A program made the position numbers and the translations under genes. The notes under the pieces are model-generated. The model had not been told where the DNA came from. It saw only the letters and a program-made list of their open reading frames with translations, and did no database searches. This document shows positions 46,144 through 60,015 of a stretch of DNA of 64,000 nucleotides, one piece after another. Location of the stretch: contig JBBSVQ010000018.1 of NCBI GenBank assembly GCA_038046725.1, positions 24,168 through 88,167 on the forward strand, read 5' to 3'. The number at the start of each line of letters is the position of its first letter. Positions within the stretch are counted from its first letter, which is position 1. The DNA comes from Thermoplasmatota archaeon (lineage in GTDB: Archaea > Thermoplasmatota > E2 > JACPAO01 > JAHFTW01).

Positions 46144-46234
46144 GCGCCCGTTCGGTGCCCCACATTCGTTAACCTCCTTGTGACGCCGACGGCGACGGCC
46201 CGCCCACCGTGATGAATGACGGCGCTAGGCGCCG
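46144..46234 (+). mobile_element. Family B partial element (left end plus core)
   Basis: GCGCCCGTTCGGTG...AACCTCCTTGTGACGCCGACGGCG...GAATGACGGCGCTAGGCGCCGC. Confidence 0.62.
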
Positions 46235-46247
46235 CGGCCCGCGGCCG

Positions 46248-46814
46248 CTAGGGTTTCGACTCGCGTTGCTCGACGGCCTGCACGCGGCCGGTCTCGTTGT
46301 CGTACAACAGGCCAAGCACCTGCAATCCCTTCGGCATGAGGGGGTGGCTGCGTACGAGTTCGACGCTGCGGCGCACGTTCTCCTCGGCGTCCGCGAAGCC
46401 GCCCAACCAGCGCTGGAAGTCCGGGCGCATGGCTTCGTGCAGGGGAACCTCGGTGGTGGCTGCGATGCTCCGCGCGATGCGGAATTCGCCGCGGCCGACG
46501 AGGGTCATGCCGCACTTGGTGTGTCCCAGGATGGCCACGGTGCGCACGCCAAGCAGGTGGGCGCCGACGACGAGGGAGCGCAGGGTGCCGTCGTCGAGCA
46601 GGTTGCCGGCGTTGCGGATGACCTTGGCGTCCCCATGTTTCAGGCCGAGCACTTTCTCGACGTTGTGGCGCGTATCCATGCACGCGACGACCGCCAACCG
46701 GAGGGCGGGCGGCGTGGCGAGTTCGCGGTCGTTCGGGTCCCAGTCGGAGGCCACGTACTGCCGGTTGCCTTCGAGAAGGGTCTTCAGCACGTTGGCGGGC
46801 GCGTCGCCGTCCAC
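46248..46814 (-). CDS. Beta-class carbonic anhydrase
   Basis: ACMDTR (CxDxR), RNAG, GHTKCG (HxxC). Confidence 0.9.
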   Translation of the reverse strand: MDGDAPANVLKTLLEGNRQYVASDWDPNDRELATPPALRLAVVACMDTRHNVEKVLGLKHGDAKVIRNAGNLLDDGTLRSLVVGAHLLGVRTVAILGHTKCGMTLVGRGEFRIARSIAATTEVPLHEAMRPDFQRWLGGFADAEENVRRSVELVRSHPLMPKGLQVLGLLYDNETGRVQAVEQRESKP

Positions 46815-46870
46815 GGCCAACGCACTCCCCGCCTCGTGTAAAGGATTGCGAGGCACCCCGGGGGCTCGGC

Positions 46871-48028
46871 TTAGGGGCGCAGGGCAATCCACAGGTCGTT
46901 GACGTTCGTTCCCGTCGCCCCCATGTGGATGAGGCGGCCGCGGCGGTCCAACAAGGCATGCGCCGCGTGGCCCTCCAAGGCGGCCGCTGCCTCGGGCGTC
47001 CAGTCGCCCGCGGAAACCAGGGCGCCGGCGGCATCGGTCGAGCCGTCAACGCCGTCGCTGGCGACGCACAGGAACGCCGACGATGCATCGGCGTCTTCGG
47101 CCAGCCACTTCGCAGCAAACACGGCGGCATGCTGGCAGCGCCCGCCTGGCGGCGTGCCGACGGGCAAAGAAACCGAGCATTCGCCGCCCCCGACGAGGGC
47201 TGCGGGGCGGCCCGGCAGGCCCTTGGCGGCCGCGAGGAACGCTGCGACCTCCGATTCGGCGTCCCCGGCAACGCGGCGACCGTGGCGGTGAACCTCGTAG
47301 CCCAAGGTTGCCAGCCGCAGGCCGGCGGCTGCGATCATCTCCTCGGTGCCGGCGAGGACGCGGTGCGGGATGGCGTCCGGCTCGCCGGGCACGTGAAAGG
47401 GGCCAGACCCAACAATCTGCGGAGCCAACGCGCGCTCGGTGTCCGCGAGCAACCAGACGCGGGCGCGCCGCGTCCGGGCAAGAAGTCGTTGCCCGAGCTT
47501 GCCCCCCTTCAGGGCGGACAGGGCGGATCTCTCCCGGTTCATTGCGTCGATGGGGAGGCCGCTGCGCAGGAGAGTCTCCCACTTGGTGCGCAACGCCTCG
47601 GGGCTGATGCCGTGCGGGACTTCGGCACAAGCCGAGGCGCCCCCCGACAGCAGGACGAGGACGGGTTCGTCGGGGGCAAGGGCATCAATCCAGTTCAGGA
47701 CGGCGGCACCGGCAGTGAAAGAGCCGGGCCCCGGCAGAGGGTGGTCGCCGGGCAGCCACGTGAAGGTGTCCACGTTCGGGGCGTGCACGCCTTTCGGAGC
47801 GACGCCGAGGCCCGCGAAGGGCACGCCGGCCTCGACGAGGCCCCACAGCATCCGTGGCGCCGCCTTGCCGAGGGCGAGGACGCGGATGCGCTTTGGTTCC
47901 TCGCGCTTCGTTCCGGGGGGGATGAGCCAGTCGTCAAGCCAGCCCTGCCGGACGGCCTTGCGCACGAGAACCGTCGGGTCCACGGCGGCGAGACCGGCGG
48001 CGTAGGCGTCCAAGGCGGCATCATGCAC
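46871..48028 (-). CDS. Glycerate kinase / MOFRL family
   Basis: ALGKAA, DHPLPG, LLSGGASA, LKGG, GGE, GGRCQH, SDGVDG, TGTNVND. Confidence 0.88.
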   Translation of the reverse strand: MHDAALDAYAAGLAAVDPTVLVRKAVRQGWLDDWLIPPGTKREEPKRIRVLALGKAAPRMLWGLVEAGVPFAGLGVAPKGVHAPNVDTFTWLPGDHPLPGPGSFTAGAAVLNWIDALAPDEPVLVLLSGGASACAEVPHGISPEALRTKWETLLRSGLPIDAMNRERSALSALKGGKLGQRLLARTRRARVWLLADTERALAPQIVGSGPFHVPGEPDAIPHRVLAGTEEMIAAAGLRLATLGYEVHRHGRRVAGDAESEVAAFLAAAKGLPGRPAALVGGGECSVSLPVGTPPGGRCQHAAVFAAKWLAEDADASSAFLCVASDGVDGSTDAAGALVSAGDWTPEAAAALEGHAAHALLDRRGRLIHMGATGTNVNDLWIALRP

Positions 48029-48069
48029 GGCTGCTGGAACGCCGTGATCCTTTCCTGCGCTTCCCGCCC

Positions 48070-48435
48070 TCAATCGACCCTCACCTCGCGCCATGCGACT
48101 TGGCCGTCCTCCACGAGCTGCTTGACCTGCTGCTGCACGGGGCTGAGGCGGCTGGTGGCCGACTTGATTTCGACGAAGACCACGCCGTCGGAAGTGAATT
48201 GGATGCCGTCCACGGGGCTGCCGATGAAGCGGAACCCCTTCGGGTCCCACGGCCAGTCCTCCATGAAGGGCGCGAACTGCTCCATCGTCTGCCCGTAGCG
48301 TGTCGATTGGCTGCGCTTGAGTCCGTCGAGGTCCTTCAAGCGGCGGCGCAGGCGGGCGACCGACTTCGCCCACAGCCACCAGGAAAACAGCAGCACGGCG
48401 ACGCCGGCGGCGAGGGCCCACAGCGGGACGTCCAC
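48070..48435 (-). CDS. Membrane-anchored Holliday-junction-resolvase-like PD-(D/E)XK endonuclease
   Basis: N-terminal TM; EQFAPF, FIGSPVDG, FVEIKS. Confidence 0.8.
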   Translation of the reverse strand: MDVPLWALAAGVAVLLFSWWLWAKSVARLRRRLKDLDGLKRSQSTRYGQTMEQFAPFMEDWPWDPKGFRFIGSPVDGIQFTSDGVVFVEIKSATSRLSPVQQQVKQLVEDGQVAWREVRVD

Positions 48436-48500
48436 GTGGCGTGTAGGATTCGCGCGTTCAAGGCCTCGCCGACTGTGCCTGAGCAGCTAAGCGAGCCCCG

Positions 48501-48563
48501 GCCACGGATTGGCACGGATTCTCACGGAGACGGGTTCCGTGTCAATCCGTGCCAATCCGTGGC
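48501..48563. repeat. Family A hairpin (CACGGATT units)
   Basis: GCCACGGATTGGCACGGATTCTCACGGA ... TCCGTGTCAATCCGTGCCAATCCGTGGC. Confidence 0.9.
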
Positions 48564-48613
48564 TCGTCCGGGGGTGGCGCGGGGCTTTTGACCTGCCCCT
48601 GACTGGCCGCGCC

Positions 48614-49759
48614 GTGGACCTTCAGGAGAGCGCCGAACACGGCCTCATCCGCCAGACCGTGCGCGAGTTCGCCGACCGCCGCCTGCGCCCCCAGGCTGCC
48701 AAGATGGACCACGCCCACCAATGGGACAAGGCCCTCGCCGCCGAGATGGGCGATCTTGGCCTCATGGGCATGAACTTCCCCGAAGCCGTCGGCGGCGCCG
48801 GCACCGACATGGTGTCCTACTGCATTGCCATCGAGGAATTGTCCCGTGTGTGCGCCTCGACGGGCGTCATCTGCAGCGTCAACAACTCCCTGTCCGGCTG
48901 GCCTCTCTTCACGTATGGCAACGCGGAGCAGCACGAACGCTACCTCAAGCCGATGCTGTCCGGCCGCAAGCTTGGCGCGTATGGCCTCACGGAACCCAAC
49001 GCCGGCAGCGACGTTGTGAGCATGCAGACGTCCGCCACGAAGTCCGGTCGCGGCTACACCCTCAACGGGCAGAAGCTCTTCATCACCAACGCCGGCCTCG
49101 CCGACACCTACGTCGTCTTTGCGCAGACCGACAAGACCGCGGCACACAAGGGACAGACCGCCTTCCTCATCGAGAAGGGCCAGGCGGGCTTCAGCATCGG
49201 CAAGCCCGAGGACAAGCTCGGCATCCGCGCCGCCCCGTGCTGCCCGCTGTTCTTCGAGAACGTCGACGTCCCCGCGGAGAACGTCCTCGGCCCCGTCGGC
49301 GAGGGCTTTAAGGTCGCCATGAAGACGCTCGACGGCGGACGCCTCGGCATCGCAAGCCAAGCCCTCGGCATCGCCGTCGGCGCCTACGAGGCCAGCCTGG
49401 CCTACGCGCAGGAACGCAAGCAGTTCGGCAAACCCATCGGAAGCAACCAGGCCATCCAGTGGAAGCTTGCCGACATGGCCACGCGCATCGACGCCGCCCG
49501 CCTGCTCATCCACCGCGCCGCCCAACTGAAGGACCTCAAGGCCCCCTACTCGAAGGAAGCCGCGATGGCCAAGGTGTACGCCTCCGAGACGGCGATGTGG
49601 GCCGCCACCGAGGCCGTGCAGATCCACGGCGGCAACGGCTACACGAAGGACTACCCCGTCGAGCGCGCCTTCCGGGACGCCAAGATCACGGAGATTTACG
49701 AGGGCACGAGCGAGATCCAACGCATGGTCATCGCCAACAACTTGCTCAAGGGAGCCTGA
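48614..49759 (+). CDS. Acyl-CoA dehydrogenase
   Basis: [48 protein letters not shown]. Confidence 0.95.
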   Translation: MDLQESAEHGLIRQTVREFADRRLRPQAAKMDHAHQWDKALAAEMGDLGLMGMNFPEAVGGAGTDMVSYCIAIEELSRVCASTGVICSVNNSLSGWPLFTYGNAEQHERYLKPMLSGRKLGAYGLTEPNAGSDVVSMQTSATKSGRGYTLNGQKLFITNAGLADTYVVFAQTDKTAAHKGQTAFLIEKGQAGFSIGKPEDKLGIRAAPCCPLFFENVDVPAENVLGPVGEGFKVAMKTLDGGRLGIASQALGIAVGAYEASLAYAQERKQFGKPIGSNQAIQWKLADMATRIDAARLLIHRAAQLKDLKAPYSKEAAMAKVYASETAMWAATEAVQIHGGNGYTKDYPVERAFRDAKITEIYEGTSEIQRMVIANNLLKGA

Positions 49760-49913
49760 GCGCAGCACACCCCTTGCGCAGACGAGCCGCAGATCTCGCT
49801 GATTCCCGCTGATGTTGGCAGTCATCCTTGCGGACTCCGTTCAATCCCGTCGGAAATCCGTTCAATCCGCATTCCGTAGGGTTCATGTCCATCCTCGTCT
49901 GGCGCCCCATGCC

Positions 49914-50579
49914 ATGGTCGATGAGACGCCGGAAGACCAGATGACGGTGCGCGAACGCCGTGCCCTGCACGCCAAGCAGCAGTCGCGCAAGGACGCCCCC
50001 GTGCGCATGGCCCGCAAAGCCATCGTGCCCGGCATCATCATCCTGGTCATCGCAGCCATCGTTGCGGGCTTCTACTTCACGGCCAAGAACCAGGGCGAGT
50101 GCCCGGACCACTGGCACGCCACCTTCGACGTGTACGTGCAGGACGACAACGGGACCGCTCAGCGCATCAGTTTCCGCCACCCCGACTTCGACCTCAGCCG
50201 CAACACGCCGATGCGCTCGCACATGCACCAGCGCGACGGCAAGAACCAGTTCCACTTCGAGCAGGGCGCGCAGTGCGTCGGCGTCGAGGAGGCCTTCGGT
50301 TACGTCGACGTCGAACTCAACGCCAACTCCATGACCCTGCAGGGCGCGCACGCCGCGCTCGGACAGGAGGGAACGTACCGCGAAGAGGGCAACAAGACCC
50401 TCGAAGCCTACGTCCAATCGCCCAGCGGCGAGTGGCGCCACCCCAGCGTCAAGTCCATCCTGGACTACCAGCTCAAGGATGGCGAGAGCATCCTCATCCT
50501 GTACGGCAACTACACGGATGAGCAGGTGGCCCAGTTCCAGGCCGCGATGGCGCTGCCCGACTCCGGCCGCCAGGCCTAG
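49914..50579 (+). CDS. Hypothetical single-TM protein with His/Cys motifs
   Basis: TM (IVPGIIILVIAAIVAGFYF); CPDHWHATF and SHMHQRDG. Confidence 0.7.
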   Translation: MVDETPEDQMTVRERRALHAKQQSRKDAPVRMARKAIVPGIIILVIAAIVAGFYFTAKNQGECPDHWHATFDVYVQDDNGTAQRISFRHPDFDLSRNTPMRSHMHQRDGKNQFHFEQGAQCVGVEEAFGYVDVELNANSMTLQGAHAALGQEGTYREEGNKTLEAYVQSPSGEWRHPSVKSILDYQLKDGESILILYGNYTDEQVAQFQAAMALPDSGRQA

Positions 50580-50622
50580 GCTGAATCAGCCCAAGGCACG
50601 TTGCGGGGCCCCGGTGAAGGGA

Positions 50623-50705
50623 GCCGCGAATTTCGGGAAATGGCGCGAATGCCGACGGGCAGCAATGAGTCCGTCGCCTTTGCGAGGATTGGCGCGATTC
50701 GCGGC
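50623..50705. repeat. Family A hairpin (CGCGAAT units)
   Basis: GCCGCGAATTTCGGGAAATGGCGCGAAT ... ATTGGCGCGATTCGCGGC. Confidence 0.75.
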
Positions 50706-50729
50706 CCGCCGAAGCGAGCAGACAAGGGC

Positions 50730-51731
<1,002 letters not shown>

Positions 51732-51735
51732 GCGA

Positions 51736-52161
51736 CTAGTGCGCCTTGGCGGCCTTGCCTTTCGTGAACCGCGGGTGCGCTTCGATGAACTTCACGATTT
51801 CGCGTGTGTCCGTTCCCGGTCCGAAGACGGCTTCGACGCCGCGGCCCTTGAGCTTGACGGCGTCGTCATCGGGGATGATGCCGCCGCCGAAGACGACGAC
51901 GTCCTCGGCACCCTCCGCCACGAGGAGGTCCTTGATCTTCGGGAAGAGCGTCATGTGCGCGCCCGACAGGCAGGACAGGCCGACGAGGTCGACGTCCTCC
52001 TGGATGGCCGCCGAGACAATCTGGGCCGGCGTCTGGCGCAGTCCCGTGTAGATGACCTCGAAGCCGGCGTCGCGTAGCGCGCGGGCGACCACCTTCGCGC
52101 CACGGTCGTGCCCATCGAGGCCGGGCTTGGCCACAAGGACACGGATGGGGCGCTGCGTCAT
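51736..52161 (-). CDS. Acyl-CoA mutase cobalamin-binding subunit
   Basis: [10 protein letters not shown] (B12 His motif), [15 protein letters not shown]. Confidence 0.94.
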   Translation of the reverse strand: MTQRPIRVLVAKPGLDGHDRGAKVVARALRDAGFEVIYTGLRQTPAQIVSAAIQEDVDLVGLSCLSGAHMTLFPKIKDLLVAEGAEDVVVFGGGIIPDDDAVKLKGRGVEAVFGPGTDTREIVKFIEAHPRFTKGKAAKAH

Positions 52162-52216
52162 CGCGTGTTCGACTTCGACCGGGCTACTTGAACCGTTTGG
52201 CCGGTTGTCCAGGGCC

Positions 52217-54376
52217 TCAACGGCGGCGCAACGCCAAGCCCAGGAGAGCGATGGCCAGCAGCACGGCCGACGGGGCCGGCGTGTCCTTGGGGGAGGCCTC
52301 CTGGCTCACAAGGCTGGCCTGGTCGTCGTGCTCGGCATCCAGGTCGGCCGTTGTGACCAGGCGGGTCAGGGCGCGAATCGAGGCGTCATCCGTGCTGGTG
52401 ACCTCGAGGACGAGGTCGGCGCGGTCGTCGTCGAAGGCGTCGGCCGGCACGGTGACGGCGACGGTGAGCACGCGCGAGCCGTCGGCATCCACGGCGAAGC
52501 CCTTGGCTCCGACCAGACGTCCCCAGGCATCGTTGCTGCCCGTGAGGGTGGCTTCGTAGTCGTGCGCCTGGTCGTCGGCGTTGTGCAGCGTGACTTCGAA
52601 CACAACGGTGTCGCCTGGGTTGCCCATGCGGTGGCTGTCGCCATCGAGCATCAGGTGCAGGTGGTTGGCAACGCCGAAGACCTCGTCGATGGGGTCCTCG
52701 TACTCCAGGAGGGGAAGCTGCATCCATCCGCCGGGGGTCAAGTCGGGTTCGGTGCGCGGGCCGAGGAAGGGGTTGTCGGCGCGGCCGGTGCGGACTTCGA
52801 GTTGAAGTTCCAGGCTGGCGCCACGCTGGTAGGCGAGGAAGTCGCCGTCCTCCTCGGGTTGGATGATGCCTTCGAAGACGTGCAGGTCGTCCACGTCGAG
52901 GTCGATGCGGTCCGAGGTGAGCAGCGTGGCGACCACCGTCGGCTCCGAGTAGGAATAGAAGAACGGGTCCACCTGCTCGTCGGGGGCATAGTACACCACG
53001 CGTCCTTGCACGCGCGTGGCCGGTTGCGGAACCAGCGAATGGATTGGGATGGCGTAAGCCCCCAGGGCTCCGAGGTCGAAGTCAAGTCCCATCTCGAGGC
53101 CGGGACGAAGGGGCATGCGCCAGCAGTACGTGGTGCCGACGAGGTCGTCGTCGTCCTGGATGCGCAGGGCCTCGCATTCCTGGCCGGGGACCGGCGTGAT
53201 GGCGTCCTCCGGGTCCTCCTCGGGAAGCGCGGTGTTGAGGTAAGGGAACGTCAGGTAGTCGTATCCCCCGACAGCCTTGTTGACGAGGCCGAGGCCGCGG
53301 CGCAGCGGGTCGTCGCTTTCGTCCAAGTCGTGGAAGTACACGGTGTTGTGGTGGCCGGCTGGTTGCGCAATCTTCGGGTAGCGCAACCCCAGTTGGATGC
53401 GTCCCACCGAGTCCGGGTCGGACTGCGAGGCCAATTCGAGTGTGAAGGCGGTGGCGGTGCCGTGCTTGTGCATGAATTCCGTGTGCACGATGACGGGGAA
53501 CTCGGCGGTCTCGTTCGGGTCGAGGCGCACCAGGCCCGGCAGGCGAACGTCCCAGCCCATGGGGGCGCCGACGGCGACGAATTCGGCACGCTGTTCCTCG
53601 CGGGCGAGGTTCGTGGCGTTGACGCGGAAGACGAACGTCGCGGATTCGCCGTTGGAGGCCCGGAACGGCTCCGTCGACGTGAGGCGCAATTGGCCGGTCT
53701 GCTCGATGCCCAGGCGAACGGGCAGGACGGCGTCCAAGGGGCCCTCGTCGGGCATGCGGTCCTCCACGTAGGCCCACGGCGCGGTGGCAAAGGGCAGGCT
53801 GATGCTTGCGTCGTTCAGGTATCCGGCCTTGACGGAGAACAAGTCGAGCACGCGGCCGGGGTAGGGAGCGGCGCCCTGTTTGTCCACGATGGCGTCGCGC
53901 GGGACGGCGGCGGTGAGCGTCGCGGTTGCCGCGTCCGCGGTCACGGTCACGTCGGCGACGAAGGAACCGACCGGCTCGTCGGGATCGCCGGACATCAGTT
54001 CTAGGGCGCCGTAGTAGTCGTCCCCGGAGTCGTAGATGCGCATCAGGTAGACGTTGTCGCTGTGCCGGAAGGTCGTCACGTACTGGATGGCGGCAAGGAT
54101 GGATTGCGACGGGCCGCCGTCGAGCGTCGTGAGGGCCAGGTGGAATTGGAACTCCGTCGGGGTCTCCGTGATGGAGAGGCCGCGCAAGTCGGCGGAATCG
54201 AACGTGCCTTGCGGGACGGCAACCGGCGTCTCGCCGGCCTGGGAGTCGGCGTAGGCGGACACGTCCCCGGCGTCATCGGCGAGGACCTCGATCGGCGCCT
54301 CGGCTTCCTGGGCGAGCGCCGGGCTCGGCACGAGCAGCATCGCCGCCAGGGCAATCAAGGCAAAGCGGGGGTGCAT
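52217..54376 (-). CDS. Large secreted surface protein, paralogue of 26186-28324
   Basis: Signal peptide; [18 protein letters not shown]; C-terminal [23 protein letters not shown]. Confidence 0.75.
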   Translation of the reverse strand: MHPRFALIALAAMLLVPSPALAQEAEAPIEVLADDAGDVSAYADSQAGETPVAVPQGTFDSADLRGLSITETPTEFQFHLALTTLDGGPSQSILAAIQYVTTFRHSDNVYLMRIYDSGDDYYGALELMSGDPDEPVGSFVADVTVTADAATATLTAAVPRDAIVDKQGAAPYPGRVLDLFSVKAGYLNDASISLPFATAPWAYVEDRMPDEGPLDAVLPVRLGIEQTGQLRLTSTEPFRASNGESATFVFRVNATNLAREEQRAEFVAVGAPMGWDVRLPGLVRLDPNETAEFPVIVHTEFMHKHGTATAFTLELASQSDPDSVGRIQLGLRYPKIAQPAGHHNTVYFHDLDESDDPLRRGLGLVNKAVGGYDYLTFPYLNTALPEEDPEDAITPVPGQECEALRIQDDDDLVGTTYCWRMPLRPGLEMGLDFDLGALGAYAIPIHSLVPQPATRVQGRVVYYAPDEQVDPFFYSYSEPTVVATLLTSDRIDLDVDDLHVFEGIIQPEEDGDFLAYQRGASLELQLEVRTGRADNPFLGPRTEPDLTPGGWMQLPLLEYEDPIDEVFGVANHLHLMLDGDSHRMGNPGDTVVFEVTLHNADDQAHDYEATLTGSNDAWGRLVGAKGFAVDADGSRVLTVAVTVPADAFDDDRADLVLEVTSTDDASIRALTRLVTTADLDAEHDDQASLVSQEASPKDTPAPSAVLLAIALLGLALRRR

Positions 54377-54468
54377 GCCTCCTAGGCGCCCTTCCTGGTA
54401 CAAAGGGACATTGGTCTGGCCCTCGATGCCAGCCGGGGGAAGGCCGTCCCTCCGTTCGTTCCTCGCAG

Positions 54469-57009
54469 CTACGGCTGGCTGCCCGCAGGGGCACTGTCGG
54501 CGGGCGGTTCGACCTGCGGTTCGTCGTCGGCTGGCAGCACCGCCACCTGGGTGACCACGTCGCCGTCCGCCGTGTCCATGACCGTGACGCCTTGCGTCGC
54601 ACGGCCTTGGGCACGCAGTTGGACGGCCGGGATGCGCGTCACCATGCCCATGCGGGTGATGAGCAGCAGCGACTCGTCGCCGTGCACGGTGCGCACGGCC
54701 ACCACGGGGCCGTTGCGGTCGTTGACGACGATGGTGCGCACACCCTTGCCGCCACGGTGCGTCTTGCGGTACTCCTCGAGCTCGGTGCGCTTGCCGTACC
54801 CGTTGGCCGTCACGGACACCAAGGCGGTGCCGGGCTCGGCAAGGGCGAGGGAGACGACCTCGTCGCCCTGTTCGAGGGTGACGCCGCGGACGCCTGTGGT
54901 GTCGCGTCCCATGACGCGCACTTCGGACTCGTCGAAGCGGCAGGCCTGGCCCTGCTTCGTGGCCAGGATGACTTCCTGGTTGCCGTCGGTGCGGCGCACG
55001 GCCAGCAATTCGTCGCCCGCGTCGAGGTTGATGGCGATGATGCCGCCGGCGCGCACGTTGCCGAAGGCCGACAGGGCGGTGCGCTTGACCGTGCCCTGCT
55101 TGGTGGCGAACAGGAACGTGGCGCCCTCGACGTCGAAGTCCTTCACGGGGATGATGGTCTCCACGACTTCGTTGGCGTCGAGCTGCAGCAGGTTGACGAC
55201 CGGCTTGCCCTTGGCGACGCGCGACCCGGTGGGCACGCGGTGGCCCTTGAGCCAGTGCATGCGGCCGTGGTTGGTGAAGAAGCACAGCCAGTCGTGCGTG
55301 GAGCCGACGGTGGTCTCGACGACCTCGTCCTCCTCCTTCGTCGTCATTCCGCGGCTGCCCTTGCCGCCGCGGTGCTGCTCGCGCCACGTGTCCAGCGGCA
55401 TGCGCTTGAGGTAGCCGGCCGTCGTGAACAGGTAGACCGACTCCTCCTCGGGGATGAGCGACTCGTCGTCGATGTCAACGTCGCCGTCCTGGATCTCCGT
55501 GCGGCGTTTGTCGCCGAACTCGGCCTTGGACTTGAGGAGCTCCGCCTTGATGATGGCGTCCACGCGCTTCGGGTCGGCCAGGATGGCCTTGTAGTCGGCA
55601 ATCTGCGCGGTGAGGGTGGCGTGCTCCGTCTTGAGTTCGCCCGTCTCCAGGCTGGTCAGGCGTTGCAGGCGCATGTCGAGGATGGCCTTGCCTTGCAATT
55701 CCGAGAGTCCGAAGCGGGCGCGCAGGCCGGCCAGGGCCGTCTCCGGGTCGGCGCTGGCGCGAATCAGGGCCACGACGGCGTCGATGTTGGCCAGCGCGAT
55801 GAGCAGGCCGTCCAGGATGTGGGCGCGTGCTTCGGCCTTGGTGAGCTCGAACTGCGTGCGGCGGGTCACGACCTCGACGCGGTGGCGCAGGAAGACCTGC
55901 AGCAGCTCCTTGAGCCCCATCGTCTTGGGGCGGCCGTCGGCGAGGGCCAGGTTGTTGATGGCGAACGTCGACTGCAGCGCCGTGTGGTGCCAGAGCTGGT
56001 TGAGGACGACGTCGGTGATGGCGTCGCGCTTGAGCTCGATGACGAGGCGCATGCCGCGGCGGTCGGATTCGTCGCGCAGGTCCGAGATGCCTTCCAGCAC
56101 CTTGTCCTTGACGAGTTCCGCCATGTGGATGATGAGTTCCGACTTGTTGACCTGGTAGGGAATCTCCGTGAACACGATGCGCTCGCGGTCGGCGCCCATG
56201 CTCTCGACTTCGTGCCGGCCGCGCACGACGACCTTGCCGCGCCCCGTGGCGAGGCTGGCCCTGATGCCGGCCCGGCCGTGGATGATGCCGCCCGTCGGGA
56301 AGTCGGGTCCCTGCACGTCCTGCGCCAGGTCGAGGGGCGTGATGTCGGGGTTGTCGATGAGCTTCACGGCGGCATCGACGATCTCGCCGAGGTTGTGCGG
56401 CGCGACGTTCGTTGCCATGCCGACGGCGATGCCGGCGGAGCCGTTGACGAGCAGGTTGGGGAAGGCGGCCGGCATGACCAGTGGCTCTTCCAGCGAGGAA
56501 TCGAAGTTGGGCCCGAAGTTGACGGTCTGCTTGTCCAGGTCGGCCAGCAATTGGCCGGTGATCTTGGACAGGCGGGCCTCCGTGTACCGCATGGCGGCTG
56601 CGCCGTCGCCGTCGACGGAGCCGAAGTTGCCTTGGCCGTCGACGAGGGGGTAGCGCAGGCTCCATTCCTGCGCCATGCGCACCATCGCCTCGTACACGGA
56701 TGAATCGCCGTGCGGGTGGTACTTACCGAGGACTTCACCGACCACACGGGCGGACTTCTTGTACGCCGACGTGGGGCCCATGCCCAACTCGCCCATGGCG
56801 TACAGGATGCGGCGGTGGACGGGTTTGAGGCCGTCGCGGGCGTCCGGGAGGGCGCGGGCGACGATGACGGACATGGCGTAGTCTAGGAACGATTGGCGCA
56901 TCTCGGTCTCGACGGTGCGCGGAACGACCTGCTTGGCCATGATGGTCGGCGCGGGCGTGCCTGCGGGCGTCTCGTCGCCTTTCTTGGCGCGCGGCTTGGG
57001 GTCGGCCAT
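54469..57009 (-). CDS. gyrA: DNA gyrase subunit A
   Basis: [33 protein letters not shown] GyrA box, beta-pinwheel repeats. Confidence 0.97.
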   Translation of the reverse strand: MADPKPRAKKGDETPAGTPAPTIMAKQVVPRTVETEMRQSFLDYAMSVIVARALPDARDGLKPVHRRILYAMGELGMGPTSAYKKSARVVGEVLGKYHPHGDSSVYEAMVRMAQEWSLRYPLVDGQGNFGSVDGDGAAAMRYTEARLSKITGQLLADLDKQTVNFGPNFDSSLEEPLVMPAAFPNLLVNGSAGIAVGMATNVAPHNLGEIVDAAVKLIDNPDITPLDLAQDVQGPDFPTGGIIHGRAGIRASLATGRGKVVVRGRHEVESMGADRERIVFTEIPYQVNKSELIIHMAELVKDKVLEGISDLRDESDRRGMRLVIELKRDAITDVVLNQLWHHTALQSTFAINNLALADGRPKTMGLKELLQVFLRHRVEVVTRRTQFELTKAEARAHILDGLLIALANIDAVVALIRASADPETALAGLRARFGLSELQGKAILDMRLQRLTSLETGELKTEHATLTAQIADYKAILADPKRVDAIIKAELLKSKAEFGDKRRTEIQDGDVDIDDESLIPEEESVYLFTTAGYLKRMPLDTWREQHRGGKGSRGMTTKEEDEVVETTVGSTHDWLCFFTNHGRMHWLKGHRVPTGSRVAKGKPVVNLLQLDANEVVETIIPVKDFDVEGATFLFATKQGTVKRTALSAFGNVRAGGIIAINLDAGDELLAVRRTDGNQEVILATKQGQACRFDESEVRVMGRDTTGVRGVTLEQGDEVVSLALAEPGTALVSVTANGYGKRTELEEYRKTHRGGKGVRTIVVNDRNGPVVAVRTVHGDESLLLITRMGMVTRIPAVQLRAQGRATQGVTVMDTADGDVVTQVAVLPADDEPQVEPPADSAPAGSQP

Positions 57010-57034
57010 CTAAGCCACCTCCGCCGACGACTCG

Positions 57035-57095
57035 GCCGCGAATTTCGCGAAACGACGCGAAGACGTTGTTCGCGAGCATTCGCGCGATTCGCGGC
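57035..57095. repeat. Family A hairpin between gyrB and gyrA
   Basis: GCCGCGAATTTCGCGAAACGACGCGAA ... TTCGCGAGCATTCGCGCGATTCGCGGC. Confidence 0.85.
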
Positions 57096-57112
57096 TCGTG
57101 GGCGTCGTCGAC

Positions 57113-59218
<2,106 letters not shown>

Positions 59219-59346
59219 CTAGAACGAGCGGAAACGGCCCTCCCGGGCCCGAACGGCGGGGCCGGAGGGGGAAGGTGGCCCGGGGCCCTCACAGCGCCCG
59301 CGCCAACCATCGCCCACGACGACCAAACAGGAATGCCGGGAGGCGG

Positions 59347-60015
59347 CTAGTTTGTGGTCGGGGCGGCGTGCGCCTCGGGCGCTGGGGGCCCGTTTTCGCC
59401 TGCGGCCGGCGCCTCGTCGGGCACATTGGCACCGCCCAGGTCCTCGGCCGGGCCGGCCGACTCGCCGCCGGCGTCCTTCGGCTGCGGCGCCGGCAAGCCG
59501 ACGAGCTTGGCCAACATGGCACGCACCTCTTCCTGGTTGGAGGCATCCAGCCCGAAGTACTCCGGGAACTGGTTCGTCGTCGTGAGAATCTTCGTGACCC
59601 CTTCCTCGCGCGCCTTGACCAGGCCGCGCCCGACGAGGTCGGGGATGTGCTCGTACACGCGAGTGCCAATCATGTCCACGAGCTCCGATTGCTTCATGGG
59701 CTGGTGGTAGGCGATGAGCGCGAGCGTCTTGAGGAGCTTCTTGGGAATCTCCGGCGGCGCAAACTTCGTGGCAGGCTCGGCGGCGGCGGTGCGGACCTGC
59801 ATGGCCCACTTCGTTCCCGCCTTCGAGATCTCAAGCACCGTGTCGCGGCCCTCGTACTCCTTCTGCAGCTCCTTGATGGCGAGCTTGATGGAGTCGGGGC
59901 TGAGGAAGGTCAGGGCGACAATCTCCTCGACGCTGACGGGTTTGCCGGCACTGAACAGGGCGGCCTCCACGACGTGGCGCGCGCCCATCTCGGTCATTCC
60001 CTTGTGATCGCTCAT
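59347..60015 (-). CDS. scpB: Segregation/condensation protein B
   Basis: VEAALFSAG, LKTLALIAYHQP, TTNQFPEYFGL; ATGA overlap with scpA. Confidence 0.92.
   Translation of the reverse strand: MSDHKGMTEMGARHVVEAALFSAGKPVSVEEIVALTFLSPDSIKLAIKELQKEYEGRDTVLEISKAGTKWAMQVRTAAAEPATKFAPPEIPKKLLKTLALIAYHQPMKQSELVDMIGTRVYEHIPDLVGRGLVKAREEGVTKILTTTNQFPEYFGLDASNQEEVRAMLAKLVGLPAPQPKDAGGESAGPAEDLGGANVPDEAPAAGENGPPAPEAHAAPTTN

Noticed and set aside
52217-55387. Apparent 1056-aa ORF
   Set aside because: The first roughly 336 codons are an off-frame read of gyrA; the signal peptide starts at ATG 54376.
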